Source: Saprolegnia diclina VS20 | Lineage: Eukaryota | DNA: 55,406 nucleotides | Direction: 5' to 3' | Assembly: GCF_000281045.1 (NCBI RefSeq) | Contig: NW_008246168.1 | Coordinates: 39,168-94,573 of the forward strand | Shown: one piece after another, positions 36,590 through 47,587 of the stretch | Numbering within the stretch: the stretch's first letter is position 1 | Layout: each line of letters starts with the position of its first letter | Made by a program: the position numbers and the translations under genes | Notes under the pieces: generated by a model | What the model was told of the DNA's origin: nothing | The model's input: the letters and a program-made list of their open reading frames with translations, nothing else | The model's database searches: none

Positions 36590-39500
36590 TTAGACTCGAT
36601 TTGGCAGCTTGACAAACGCAAAGATTGTTTGGGCCGTCGCGTCCGAGGTCCATGGCAGCATGCGCTTCCAGTGCATCCAGTTGAACTTGAGACAACGCAC
36701 GTGCTCGACGCTCTGCCCCATAAACTTGGTCGTAAGCACGAGCTGCGTCCCGGTACTGAGCCCCAAGCCCGCAAAGAACTGCCAGCGCGCAACAAAGTGA
36801 ATGTCACGCGGGTGCCCCTGCAGCAGCATGACGAGCGCCGCGCCATCCGCCGCTTCGCGCCTACAATCGCGTCAGCACGACCGTGCATACGTGGGCATGG
36901 AATACCGCGCCGTGTCGTGAAGCCAGGACACGACGCTGTCCGGGGTCTTGGCTTCGATACGAACATTCGGATGCCGACGGGCCACTTGTGCTTGGACGTC
37001 GGCCACCGCGCGCGCCTACCGCATGTTGTTGATATTGCGCCTCTACTCCTCTGCGTGAAACACGCTATACCGGGGCGTTGAGCACTACAAACACCACTTT
37101 GGCAAAAACAGCGGCGAGCGTCGTCCACGGTGACGCTGTCGACGCGTGCAACAGCCGGACAAGTTGCTCGTACGCGTAGATATTGACCCCGAGACGCGTG
37201 CTCAGAAGAAGATCACAGTCCAACCGGCTTTCCTCGAGCGCCACGACGCTCGGTGGCTGCCACGACGTCGCAAACGCCGTGCGCTTGAGCCGCGGGTGGT
37301 ACAGGAACGCGACGGACGGTGCCTCGGGCGACAAGCGAACGGACGGTGCAGTCTCCATGGCTGGTATCAAACTGAAGGACGGTGCATCTACTGAGGTCGA
37401 GACGGAGGGGACCGACTGTGCAGCCAAAGGTGCCGATGGAGGCAACACATTGAAGGATGGCGCCGGAACGACTGCTGGTGGTGCATGGGTGACGTCGCCC
37501 GCCGACGGTGGAGGCAGCAAGTTGAATGAAGGCGCCGCTGTTTCAGGCATGGGCGGCTGCAGAAGCGGCGCAGTGGCGACGGCACCGAGCAAGTTGAACG
37601 ACGGAGCTTCAAACGCATCGTCCTGGATCGCAAAGGCCGGTGATGCAACCGCTGTTGGCACGCGAGGCAATCGCAAGAGACCGGCTCGCGCGACCGGCTC
37701 GGATCGATGCATTGGGGTCACGAACGACGACGTGGCCGGTGCTGCAAGCGGCTTTTGTGCCACTACTGGCGCGGTCAGAGCTGCCGGTGGCAGTACCGTC
37801 GTCGCACCAAGCTGCAGTTGTCGCTGGCGCTGGATCTCCATTGCTGCCCGCCTGCGCTCTTGCATGCGTTCGATTTGCGCCGGTGTCAGTCCACCAGCTA
37901 CGTTGGTCACTGGCACTGGCACTGGCACTGGTGCCGGCGACGGTGTTGCTGCTCGAGTCCGAGTCGAGCCTGGTGTGCGGACCTCTGCTGAGATGGGTCT
38001 CCTGGCTGGCGTCAGCGGCGCTGGTATCGGGGCCTGCGTCGCAGCGTGCGTCGCAGCTTGCGTCGGTGGCACTGGCGTTTGTATCGCAAGAAAACCATGG
38101 CGCGGGTTGTGCAGCTGCGTGCGCGTACTATAGCAGCACGTGCAGAGGTCGTAGCCGGTGCAGTCCGAGCACGAGTAGCGGACCCCTTGAATCGGGTTGA
38201 GGTCGCACCCGTCGCATCGATACCCATGGTGCAGCGTGCCATCGTCGTCGTCGACGACACTGTCCTCGTCACCGAGACTAGCGGGCGACTCGCGGCGAAG
38301 CAGCGACGCAATCACTCCATTTTCGCTAAAGTGCCGCCCGAGGCCCGGCGAGACCGACCGGCGGCGGTAGATCGCTTGCATGGAAGCCGGTGACAGCGCC
38401 TGACTCGACACGTCGTCGCAAATGAAGCTGTCATCCAGCGGGAGCCCCACATCCAGCGCGTCCTCGTCGTCATCGGATGACACCTAGCGCATGCGGTGAC
38501 GACCTGTTCCATCAAACGCACGCCGTCGTACCTCGCCATCGACCCCAACGTCGGCCTCGACAAACTGCGCCATGAGATGCTTGCTGGCGCGCAGTCGCTT
38601 GGTGCGCTTTGGCTTCTTTGACGCTTGACGCGACGACGAGCCTTGCTTGAGGCGCTTCCGACTCTTCTTGTGGGCTCTCTCGTCGTCGTCGGGTGTTGCG
38701 AAAATCGCCGACGGTGACGCAGCAGCGCGCAGCAGCGACGCATGCGACGGACAGTACATGACAAAGCGCGTGTCATCACCCACTTGTATCTACACCATAC
38801 AGTATTCCCTTGCCATCAAACGAAGTTTATGTCAGTACTTGGCCGGGGGCGTAGTGAGCATGGTACGCACAAGAGACGTGGAACGACGCGAGGCACTTGC
38901 GTTCTGCGCACTGGATGATGCCAACGCCGTTGCTCGTCTTGCACACTTCGCACTGCAGCGTGAACCGCTCCGGGTCCTACGCCAAGAATGTACGAAATCG
39001 CCCAGCTCGACATTGTCTACCAAAGTCTCGAGTGACCCAAGGCGAAACGCAGTGTCGTTGGCTGCTACGACGCGCAGCTCGGGGATCCTACGCCCATGTG
39101 TCGAGTAAGAAGCTCGCGAGATTGGTCATGATGCGTACCAGAGAAAGCACTGGACGTGCACCCATGCCCCGCACTGCGTCGACATGAGCGCGCCGCCCTG
39201 GACCGGGCAGAGTGCGCATTTGGCAATCGTCGTCTTGGCGAGACGGCAAAAGTCGCAAAACCAAGCGTCCGCTGGGATCGATTGGACGCCGTAGCACTGC
39301 TGGTGCACGCCAACGTTGCAGCCATCACAGTACAAAAGCGGGTCGGTCTCGAACGAGTACGACTCGCCGCACACTTGGCAGTCCTCTGGCAGCCCTTGGC
39401 TCGTTGCAGGTTTCGGTTGTCGTTTTGGTGGTGGCGGCGTCAACACGGTGATCGGAGACAACGCATTCGGGCCGGCTGCGAACGGCGGCGACCGCAGATC

Positions 39501-42500
39501 CACGTGCAGCGGCGGTTTGGTTCTCGGTGTCGTGTGCTTGTGGGCTGAAGACGGCGTTTGTCGCGCGAGTGGCGACGCGAGTTCCATACGGCGCTGGACG
39601 GGGCGCTTGGACGGCGTCGCGACCGTTGGAGGCGGTGGCACCGCATCTGCACTCGGAATGACGCTGCTTGCGTCCACTACTGCCTCGTTTTTGGTTGGCA
39701 AGAGACGGGGACACGACTGCAGCCGACGCGGTGGCGTCGACACGACAACTCCAATCGGTGAGAGGTGCGGTGTCGCCCGCGGGCTCTCGGTCGGTGACGT
39801 TGGCGGATGTTGCATGGCCGCCGTCGAGAGCTCTTCGAGCCACGCAATGACCTGCGCACCTTGCTGTAGTACACTGGCTGTCGGATCCAACGGACGTTGT
39901 GGTAGCGTGGACGACGGCGGCGCGTCGACGCGTGGTCGCTTGGCGGGCGATGGCTGTACCGGGTCGGACGCTGGCATGACCAGCTTTTTTTTGGGCTTCT
40001 TCAACGCGCTTGAGGCAGATGGCATGCCCTTGGATTGAACGACACTTTGTCTCGCGCCGAGAGGCTTGGACGGCGTCAGTAGCGTCGCAGAAGCATCTAC
40101 GAGGATGAAATCACGATACATTCGTGCTGAGACGAGCGCCTACTCGGACAAGCGACCGAATCGCTGGCTGGCAGCAACGAAAACACGGGCGGGTCGTCGT
40201 CGCGTTGACGTGTCTCCAACGACCGTGATGTTGCCAGCACCGCCGACCGACTCGCTGCCTTGACCGGCGTCTTGACAGTCGCCACCGACTCGGACATGAG
40301 TGCACGCCGCGGTACATCACCTTCGTCGCTGGTCGTGATGGCATCCGTTGGAGTTGCTACTGGCGGCTGTGGCGTATGTGGCGTTGGCCGCGATGTCGCG
40401 ACAGGCGGAAGCAGAGAAAACGAAGGCCCTTCGTCGTCCGATGACGCTAGGTCGACAATATCCTGACCCGTATTTCGGCTCGCGTGGTCCAGGCTAGCAT
40501 CTCGGCTTGGGAGGTTCAGGCCAGTGTCTGGGCTTGGGACGTCCAGACCAGGATTGGGGATCGTCTGATCTAGACCAGGATCTGGACTTGCGTGGTCGAG
40601 ACCATGATCTGGGGTCGCGTGGTCGATGCTTGCGAGAAAGTGATCCTGGCTGCCCATCGAGTAGTCGAGTGCGTGAGCGTCGTCGTACTCGGCATCCTCA
40701 AACGAAGGCGGCGGCGGTAGACTCGCGCTTGGCGGCATCGGAGGCGAGCTTGGCGTCAGCGACAGCAGTGGCGGCTGCGAGAGCGCGACGCTCGCACGGT
40801 CGAGGTGCACGTCAAAGTCCATGTCGGTGAGCGTCTCGCCAGCAATGCCATGCAGCAGCTGGAGGTAGCAGCGCGCACGTTGCGACTTGCCAAAGTGGTG
40901 CGGCCGCGACGCGATGTGGAGACGCATTGGCGTCAGCACGTTTGGTGGCCGCCGACCAGCGACGTTGAGACCAAAGCGAAACCCCATCGCTTGCTGTTCA
41001 CTCTCGGTCAGGCGCCAGAGGTCGTCGTCTGCGACCGGCGTTGGTCGCTTGGCCTTTTTCCCGCCAATCAGCGACGCCTGGAACGTCGGCACGACCATTT
41101 GACTCTCGGTGATGACCGGATGGATGCCCCGCGGTATCTAGTTTCGGTTCAAATCTATCAAGGTATCAACTCGAGAGTGTACCATGCGCGGGCCCGCGAC
41201 ATATTTGAACTTGTCCTTGAAAATGGTCAGCGATCGGTTCACGGCCTTGGCCGACGCAACGCTACGCTCGAGCTTCTTCTCTTCGTCGCCTTCGGTCACA
41301 AGCAGGACGACGCGACCGACGCGCTTCCGACCCGTGCGACCCATGCGCTGGATCATTCTACTCGCCGTCCTGAGCCTTAAGATCCGACAAGACGTCGTAC
41401 CGGACGGGCGACGTGAGGCAGTCGAACGACACGATGAGGTCGACTTCGCCAATGTCGAGGCCCTCCTCTGCAATGCACGTGGCCGCCAGCACGTTGCAGT
41501 CGCCGGCACGAAACTTTGTGACGATCGCCTGCTGCTGCTTTTGCGTCTGGCCCTTCTCCTTGCCTTTGCCCGCACCTTGGCCCACAAACGCCTGCACCTT
41601 GATGAGCGGTGCGAGCGGCGTCAACAGCGCCACGATCTCGTTCACAGACTCGCGGTATTGCGTAAACACGATCGCGCGGGTGCTCGAGCCGCCGGCGCTA
41701 TGCCGCGCAAAATGCTCTTGCAGCACCTTCTGGAGCTGCGCCAGTTTGGGGTTGTTGCTGCTCCCGCCCACCTGCGCGTCCACGAGCGTCCGCAGCGTCC
41801 GAAACTCTCCCGACTCGACGAGGGTCTTCTTCGGTCTACAGTTGTGTCCAGGAATGCGAACGACGCAGAGGAGCCGGACATACCCATGAACGCGGTCGCT
41901 CATAAAGCTATCTAAATACGTCTTGAAGTTGCCGATTCCATGCGTTGTCAGCACATCCCGTCCATGCAAGAGACTTGCCTACGCCGCAAACTTCGTAAAG
42001 AGAGCAATGGAGCGAATTTGCCAGCAACGTGGCGACGTACGAGGAGCGCAAAGTCCACCTCGGCCGTTCGGTACCGTGGCGGCTGCGGTCCTGCCCGCAT
42101 GCGGTCCCGGGCCGACACGATGACCCACCGCGTGAGCTTGTCCGGGTCGCGAATATGAAACAACTAGAACGGACGTGCTTGGTCCAATATGCATTTCGAT
42201 GCGGATGACGTACTTGACTTGTACACAAGCGATGCAAGATGGGCTGAAAGAGCTTGAGAAACTGGACGCGCACCTGCAGTGGATACATTGAGATTCAGAT
42301 TCAGATCGGATATCGAACGTACGCTCGACACTTCGCCGGTCATTTTACACTTGATGATTTCTTCTTGGCGCGAGTGCGTGTATTTTCTACAAGTGCAATC
42401 TCAATCTCAATCTCAACGCCAACAAAAAAGAAAGTACCGGACGTCCGGGTCGTCGCCCGACTTGCACTCAATGTGCGAGATGCGCAGATTCGAAATGACT

Positions 42501-43570
42501 TCTTGGATCACGTCAAACTTGGCGCCGGGCGTGGCCGAGAGCGCGAGCACGCGGAAGCCCGAGAGCTTTGCGGCGATCGCTTTGACGACCACCGTGTACG
42601 CATAGTTGCCGGTCGCGCGGTGCGCTTCGTCGACGACGACGCAGACGAAGGACGAGACGTCGCAATTCCCGCGCTCAATGTCGTTCTGCATGCTCTGCGG
42701 CGTGCAAAAGAAGACGCGCTTCGTCGACCAGAGCTGCTTGCGACGCGCCGGCGGGACGTTGCCCTGGAGCTCGGCCATGTCGTCATGCGGAATCGGCATC
42801 ACGCTATGGCACGCCTCGATCTGCTGGCTCACGAGCGGCTTCGTGGGCGCCATAAACACAATCTTGCCGGACGGGAACCATCGATAGTAGTTGTACATGA
42901 CGACCGCGGCGATGAGCGTCTTGCCGAGACCGGTCGGGAGACACACGAGGGTGTTCTGGAACAAGGCCGCGCGCGTGATCGTCTGCTGGTACGTCCGCAC
43001 GGGGTAGTTGCTCGGGTATATCCAGTGCGTCGCCAGGTCACGGTCGATGGCTGCGCCCATGACCACGTCTTCTTCTGGGAGGCAGAGCGGCTCGGCCACG
43101 AGACGCAGCGGCGGCGACGGGCGAGGCGCCGGACGAGGGACAGCCGACGTCATGGGCAAGGAGGGTGGCTGTCGCAGTGGCGCCGCAGAGGCGGTTGGCT
43201 GGTGCGATGGCATCGCGGAACCTTGTCGGACGGGCGTTACGACGACGGGAGGTGGCTGCGGTCGGGCCGCCGGTGGTCGGGCGACAGGCGCTGCGACCGG
43301 AGGTGGAGACGGCTTGGCCACACCGAGCCAGGACGCCATTGAGCTTGTCGCTGTCGTCTTTGGTGGCGCATGGCCGATCCGCCGATACGTGCAGACACCG
43401 CACGTTGCTGCTTCGGGCAGGTTGCGCAAGGTGCATCGAGGGCACGACCAGCCAGTATCGGGAGCTGGGACCGCAGGAAAAGGAGCAGCGGCGACGTGCG
43501 TCTGCTCGACGCGCTCGACCGCGAGCGCGGCTTCGGCCCACGCAGCATCGTCCCAGTCGTCGTCGTCCAT
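36590..43570 (-). CDS. FANCM: FANCM/Mph1-family DEAH helicase with RanBP2 zinc finger, PZP (PHD-Zn knuckle-PHD), ZZ finger and degenerate C-terminal ERCC4-like region; multi-exon
   Basis: LPTGLGKT, APTKPLV.QQ, DEAH, LSATPG, VFTQYR, EEGLDIGEVD, IQRMGRTGR. In-frame introns 40097-40143 and 38484-38531 join the helicase part to the PHD and ZZ parts. FANCM-like acidic motif FVEADV...SSDDDE...DDSFI...MQAIY. Confidence 0.85.
40466..40627 (-). repeat. Degenerate 27-bp (9-aa) coding tandem repeat x6 in the FANCM linker
   Basis: IDHATPDHG LDHASPDPG LDQTIPNPG LDVPSPDTG LNLPSRDAS LDHASRNTG. Confidence 0.85.
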
Positions 43571-44194
43571 GCGAGGATGCTGCTGGTCTTGTGTTCTCCC
43601 GCTGCAAAACGCTCTCAAGTTCAAACTCAACGCTATGCGGATATTTCCGGATAATCAGTGGAAGATTTGGCGCCTGGAAGTTGAGCCACAGCTTGGCGGT
43701 CTGCGAGCACCTCGGTGACCGACTAGAAGTATACTGCTACTGGATCACGCCAAGCAAGCCGTGTAAATCATTCGGCAGCGACGCAAACGCGTCGAACGCG
43801 GAGGAAGGGGCTGTCCCGTCGTCGTGAGTAGGTGGCAAGGGAATGATAACTTGGTACGGGCTTGGTAGACACAAAATCCTCGCATCACAAGCACCAGTAC
43901 GTGAACGGTCGTGGCTGACTGTAAAGCTCGCAACTAAAAACGTTGCGAGCGCAGACTCGACGACGTCCGACGCTTGGTTGATCTTCTGGAGGTTCCTCTT
44001 CACCTCTGCCGAGCGCTGCACTAGCCCAGCTGCTACTCACGCATCATGCATCCTGCCGGTATTATATCTGGGTCACGGCCCTCAGCTGCGGTGCCTGCTT
44101 AGCACGCCCGAGAAGCGGACCTCGTACTGCATTCGATCGAGCATTCGTATGGCAAAGTTCGTATTGTTGTTATAGTACAAAAGCGACGTTTCTC

Positions 44195-45274
44195 TTAGCG
44201 ATGGCCGTGGGCGTGGTAGTAGTTGTCGCGGGTCCGGACGCCGCCGCCCCAGTCGCCGCCGTTGCGATAACGCGGGTACCCGACGCGCTCGCGGTACATG
44301 CGGCGCTCTTCCAGCTGCACGTCGGCGTGCTCGTTCCACGTGTACAAATCATTGTTCTCGCAGCACGCTGTGTTCATAAACTGCACGTACGTCCCGAGAA
44401 TGAAGAGCACGATCGTAGCGGCAAAGTAGCCCCAATAGCTCGTCGGAATATCGTACTGATAGACGCCGACGTTGTCGACGCGCCGGTACACGTGGAGGTC
44501 ATCGGCGTTGGCGTAGCCGCCGACAAAGTACCCGATGCCCCAAACGGTAGCACCGGCGCCCGTGAGCGCCATCGAGACGACCAGAATCGGCTTTTCCATC
44601 GAGTAGGCAAGCGCGCCAAAGAGGAGGCTCAGCACCGCGCCAAAGATGAAGAGGATGCCTTCGGGGTATGCGGGCCACCACTTGTAGCCAAACGACGTGG
44701 CCAAGAGGAACGCGAGCACGAGGCCGCCGATCGCGCCGCTGAAGAAGACCCCGAGCCCGAGGACGTAGATACTGAGAAAGCCGCAGACGAGCCCGAGGAT
44801 AGCAAAGCAGATCCAACACACGGCCGTGTAGTACGTGGCATCGACGCGCACAACACGCTCGGCGGTCATGTAGGCCACCATCCCGCCGAACGCAAAGCCG
44901 CTCATAAAGAGCGTCGGGCGAAAGAGCTTGTAGCCATAGAACACCACCGCGATACCCAGGCCAATGCTGGCGCCGGCGGCGAGCGACGGAAGCACCGCGA
45001 TGGCGGCGATGCCCGAGGACGCGAGAAGACTGCTGGCCGTGTTGGAAACGACGATGGGTGGCGGCGTGATCGACGTTGGCGTTGGGCTCAAGGAGGGGCT
45101 GCCGGCCGACACGGTCTTGAGACCGACGGCGCGCACGCCATACTTGAGCAGAATCAAAACCGAGTCCGAGACATTGACAACCGTGGGTGATGGCGCGTTG
45201 GTCGCTTGAAGGCCAACACTCGAGACGTGCACGACGGCGAGGAGCACGAGAAGGAGGAGGCGCAGGTAGCGCAT
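44195..45274 (-). CDS. Multi-pass membrane protein, TMEM198/DUF4203-like, with signal peptide; intronless
   Basis: Signal peptide, then about 7 hydrophobic Gly-rich helices. FYGYKLFRPTLF..GF..G, G.F..G..GG, and ALTGA...VWGIGYF.G match the family pattern. Confidence 0.85.
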   Translation of the reverse strand: MRYLRLLLLVLLAVVHVSSVGLQATNAPSPTVVNVSDSVLILLKYGVRAVGLKTVSAGSPSLSPTPTSITPPPIVVSNTASSLLASSGIAAIAVLPSLAAGASIGLGIAVVFYGYKLFRPTLFMSGFAFGGMVAYMTAERVVRVDATYYTAVCWICFAILGLVCGFLSIYVLGLGVFFSGAIGGLVLAFLLATSFGYKWWPAYPEGILFIFGAVLSLLFGALAYSMEKPILVVSMALTGAGATVWGIGYFVGGYANADDLHVYRRVDNVGVYQYDIPTSYWGYFAATIVLFILGTYVQFMNTACCENNDLYTWNEHADVQLEERRMYRERVGYPRYRNGGDWGGGVRTRDNYYHAHGHR

Positions 45275-45436
45275 GTTGCTCGGTAAGTCGAAAGCGCGTG
45301 TTGCAAGTATTGCACTGCCGCCATGCGAGCTGCGCTCGACCTATACAGAAGAACGGCGACGCCATGTGGACATTGCGCGCCAACTTGTGAAAATTTGACA
45401 ACCAAACGGTTATTTTTCAGCAAAAAGCAAAACGTT

Positions 45437-45520
45437 TGCCATCTGTGGGGTTTGAACCCACGCAGACGTTCGTCTAGCAGATCTTAAGTCTGCCCCCTTA
45501 GACCACTCGGGCAAGATGGC
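45437..45520 (-). tRNA. tRNA-Leu(TAA)
   Basis: GCCATCT/AGATGGC acceptor stem, D-loop AGTGGTCTAAG, anticodon arm GCAGA-CTTAAGA-TCTGC, long variable arm, T-loop GGTTCAAAC, and a downstream T-run Pol III terminator. Confidence 0.97.
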
Positions 45521-45941
45521 ATTTTCATGTCTCTGCTTATTTTTCATTCATATACTGAGTTATATTGTCAAACTCGCAAACCAAGCGCACTAGCGCATGG
45601 AGGGTGCTCTAGCGCTACCTAAAACGTTAGTTGCAAGCTATTGCGCTCGTGATGGCAGCGCGAGGCGGGAAGAGAGCGACGTTAGGAGCGTGTTTGGTAC
45701 GTTGGCGACGAGCGGCCAAATCGACGACGCGGGTGGGATGTGCTTTAAATTTGTTTTATAATATCCAGTAATTAGTATGTATCAGCACTATTTATTTTGA
45801 TTCCGGACCATATTTGTGATATATTTGTGGGCATGACATGATGCACGGCACGGTTGGTCGGCTGATGGAGCCGAGCTTAACCGGTTGGACCGAACCGAAA
45901 GGGCGCTGGCCAATGCATTTGAGCGAATTCGGGCCAAGATC

Positions 45942-47480
45942 ATGCTCGCTCGCCGAATCCTATCGTCGCCGCTGCGCCGGCCACTCGCGCTGCTTCGCCA
46001 CACGTCGTCGTTCCAGTCGCTTGGTCTCAGCCGTGAGCTTGTCGATGCGCTCGACGCCAAGTCCATTGCGTCGCCCACCGATATCCAGGCCAAGACGATC
46101 AAGGCCGCGCTCGACGGCGCCAATGTGATCTGCACGGACGCCACGGGCAGTGGCAAGACACTGGCGTACCTCCTTCCTGTCATTGAAAAGCTGCGTCGGT
46201 CCGAGCGTGCGGCCGCCAAGAAGAGTGACGTGCCGCTCACGCGCGAGGTGAGTCGCCCAAAGGCCATTGTGCTCGTGCCCAGCCGCGAACTCGGTCTTCA
46301 AGTCGGCGCCGTCGCGCGCGACCTTGCGCACTACGCCAAGTTCTCGTCTTGCGTGATCACCGGTGGCAGCGCCCACAAGCCGCAAAAGACGGCGCTCGCC
46401 CGGCCGGTCGACGTCCTCGTTGCGACGCCCGGTCGGCTCGCCATGTTTCTCAAGACCGGCCACGTCTTTGTCTCGCGTGTCGAATACGTCATTATCGACG
46501 AAGCAGATACGCTCTTGGACAAGAAGATGGGGTTCCGTGGTATCATGGACGAGATCCTCAAGCCCATTGAGGCGAGTGCGGCCGCCAAGGCGCGCAAGGT
46601 CCAATACCTCCTCGCCGCCGCCACCGTCAAACCGCCGATGGACGAAGTCTTCTCGAGCGGCTTCAAGGATCTCAAATGGGTATTACCTGATTATATTTCT
46701 ACCAAAACGCTACAACGCTCGTTTAGGTCTCGGGCGCCACCGTGCACCAGACGCCGACCGCGATCACGGAAGAGTTCATCCGCGTCCCGGTACTCCATCG
46801 TGGTCCGAATGCATCCTCCGATATTGATATCTTGGCGTGGTGTAGGGCTCGGATGGCAAGCATGCGGCGCTCCGTGAGTCGCTCTCGTACCTCCAGGACG
46901 GCAAGACGATTGTGTTTTGCAATTCGACGGCGAGCTGCCGGTCCACCGAGCACATGCTGCACGAGCACGGGTATAAGTCGACGTCGCTCCACGGCGACAT
47001 CCCGCCAGTCGTGCGCAAGAAGAACTTTGAGGCGTTCCAGGCCGACGCTTCGATCCTCGTGTGCACCGACTTGGCGGCGCGCGGCCTCGACCTATCGGCC
47101 GTCGACCACGTCATTAATTTTGATTTTCCGAAATCGTCGGTCGACTACCTCCACCGCGCCGGGTACGACGACAACCTGTGCATTGCACTGTATACTTATA
47201 ATATACATGTAGCCGCACGGGTCGAGCCGGGAAGCGCGGGATTGTCACGTCGCTCATCACCAAGCACGACGCGGCGGCGGCGCGGTTGCTCGCTGACGCC
47301 AAGGGGCGTCGCCAGCCCATTGCCGATATGGCCAAAGACGGCTCGATCAAACTGCCCAAGTACAAGGCGCCGAGCGACGAGCCGACGCAGACGAAACCCG
47401 TGGCGAAGCGCCCGCAGCATCCGCGCTTCAAGGGCACGCGCAAGCTCAAGGCGCACAAGATTCGTACCTGGCGCAAATAA
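45942..47480 (+). CDS. DEAD-box RNA helicase, probably mitochondrial; multi-exon
   Basis: Q motif (F..LGL...PTDIQ), TGSGKT, PSREL, TPGRL, DEAD, AAT (motif III variant), VFCN, TDLAARGLD, HRAGRTGR. Presequence-like N-terminus MLARRILSS. Confidence 0.93.
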
Positions 47481-47587
47481 GATATGATCCCACCAGATAG
47501 AAAAGACGAAGGGAGAACTAAAAAAAGTAGATTTTCGAGGTTAACAAAGTGCAATGTGGAAAGGCAAAGTGGGAGAAGAGTGTGGGC

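Noticed and set aside
43737..44150. Possible small gene between FANCM and the TMEM198-like gene
   Set aside because: No clear ATG, splice path or motif.
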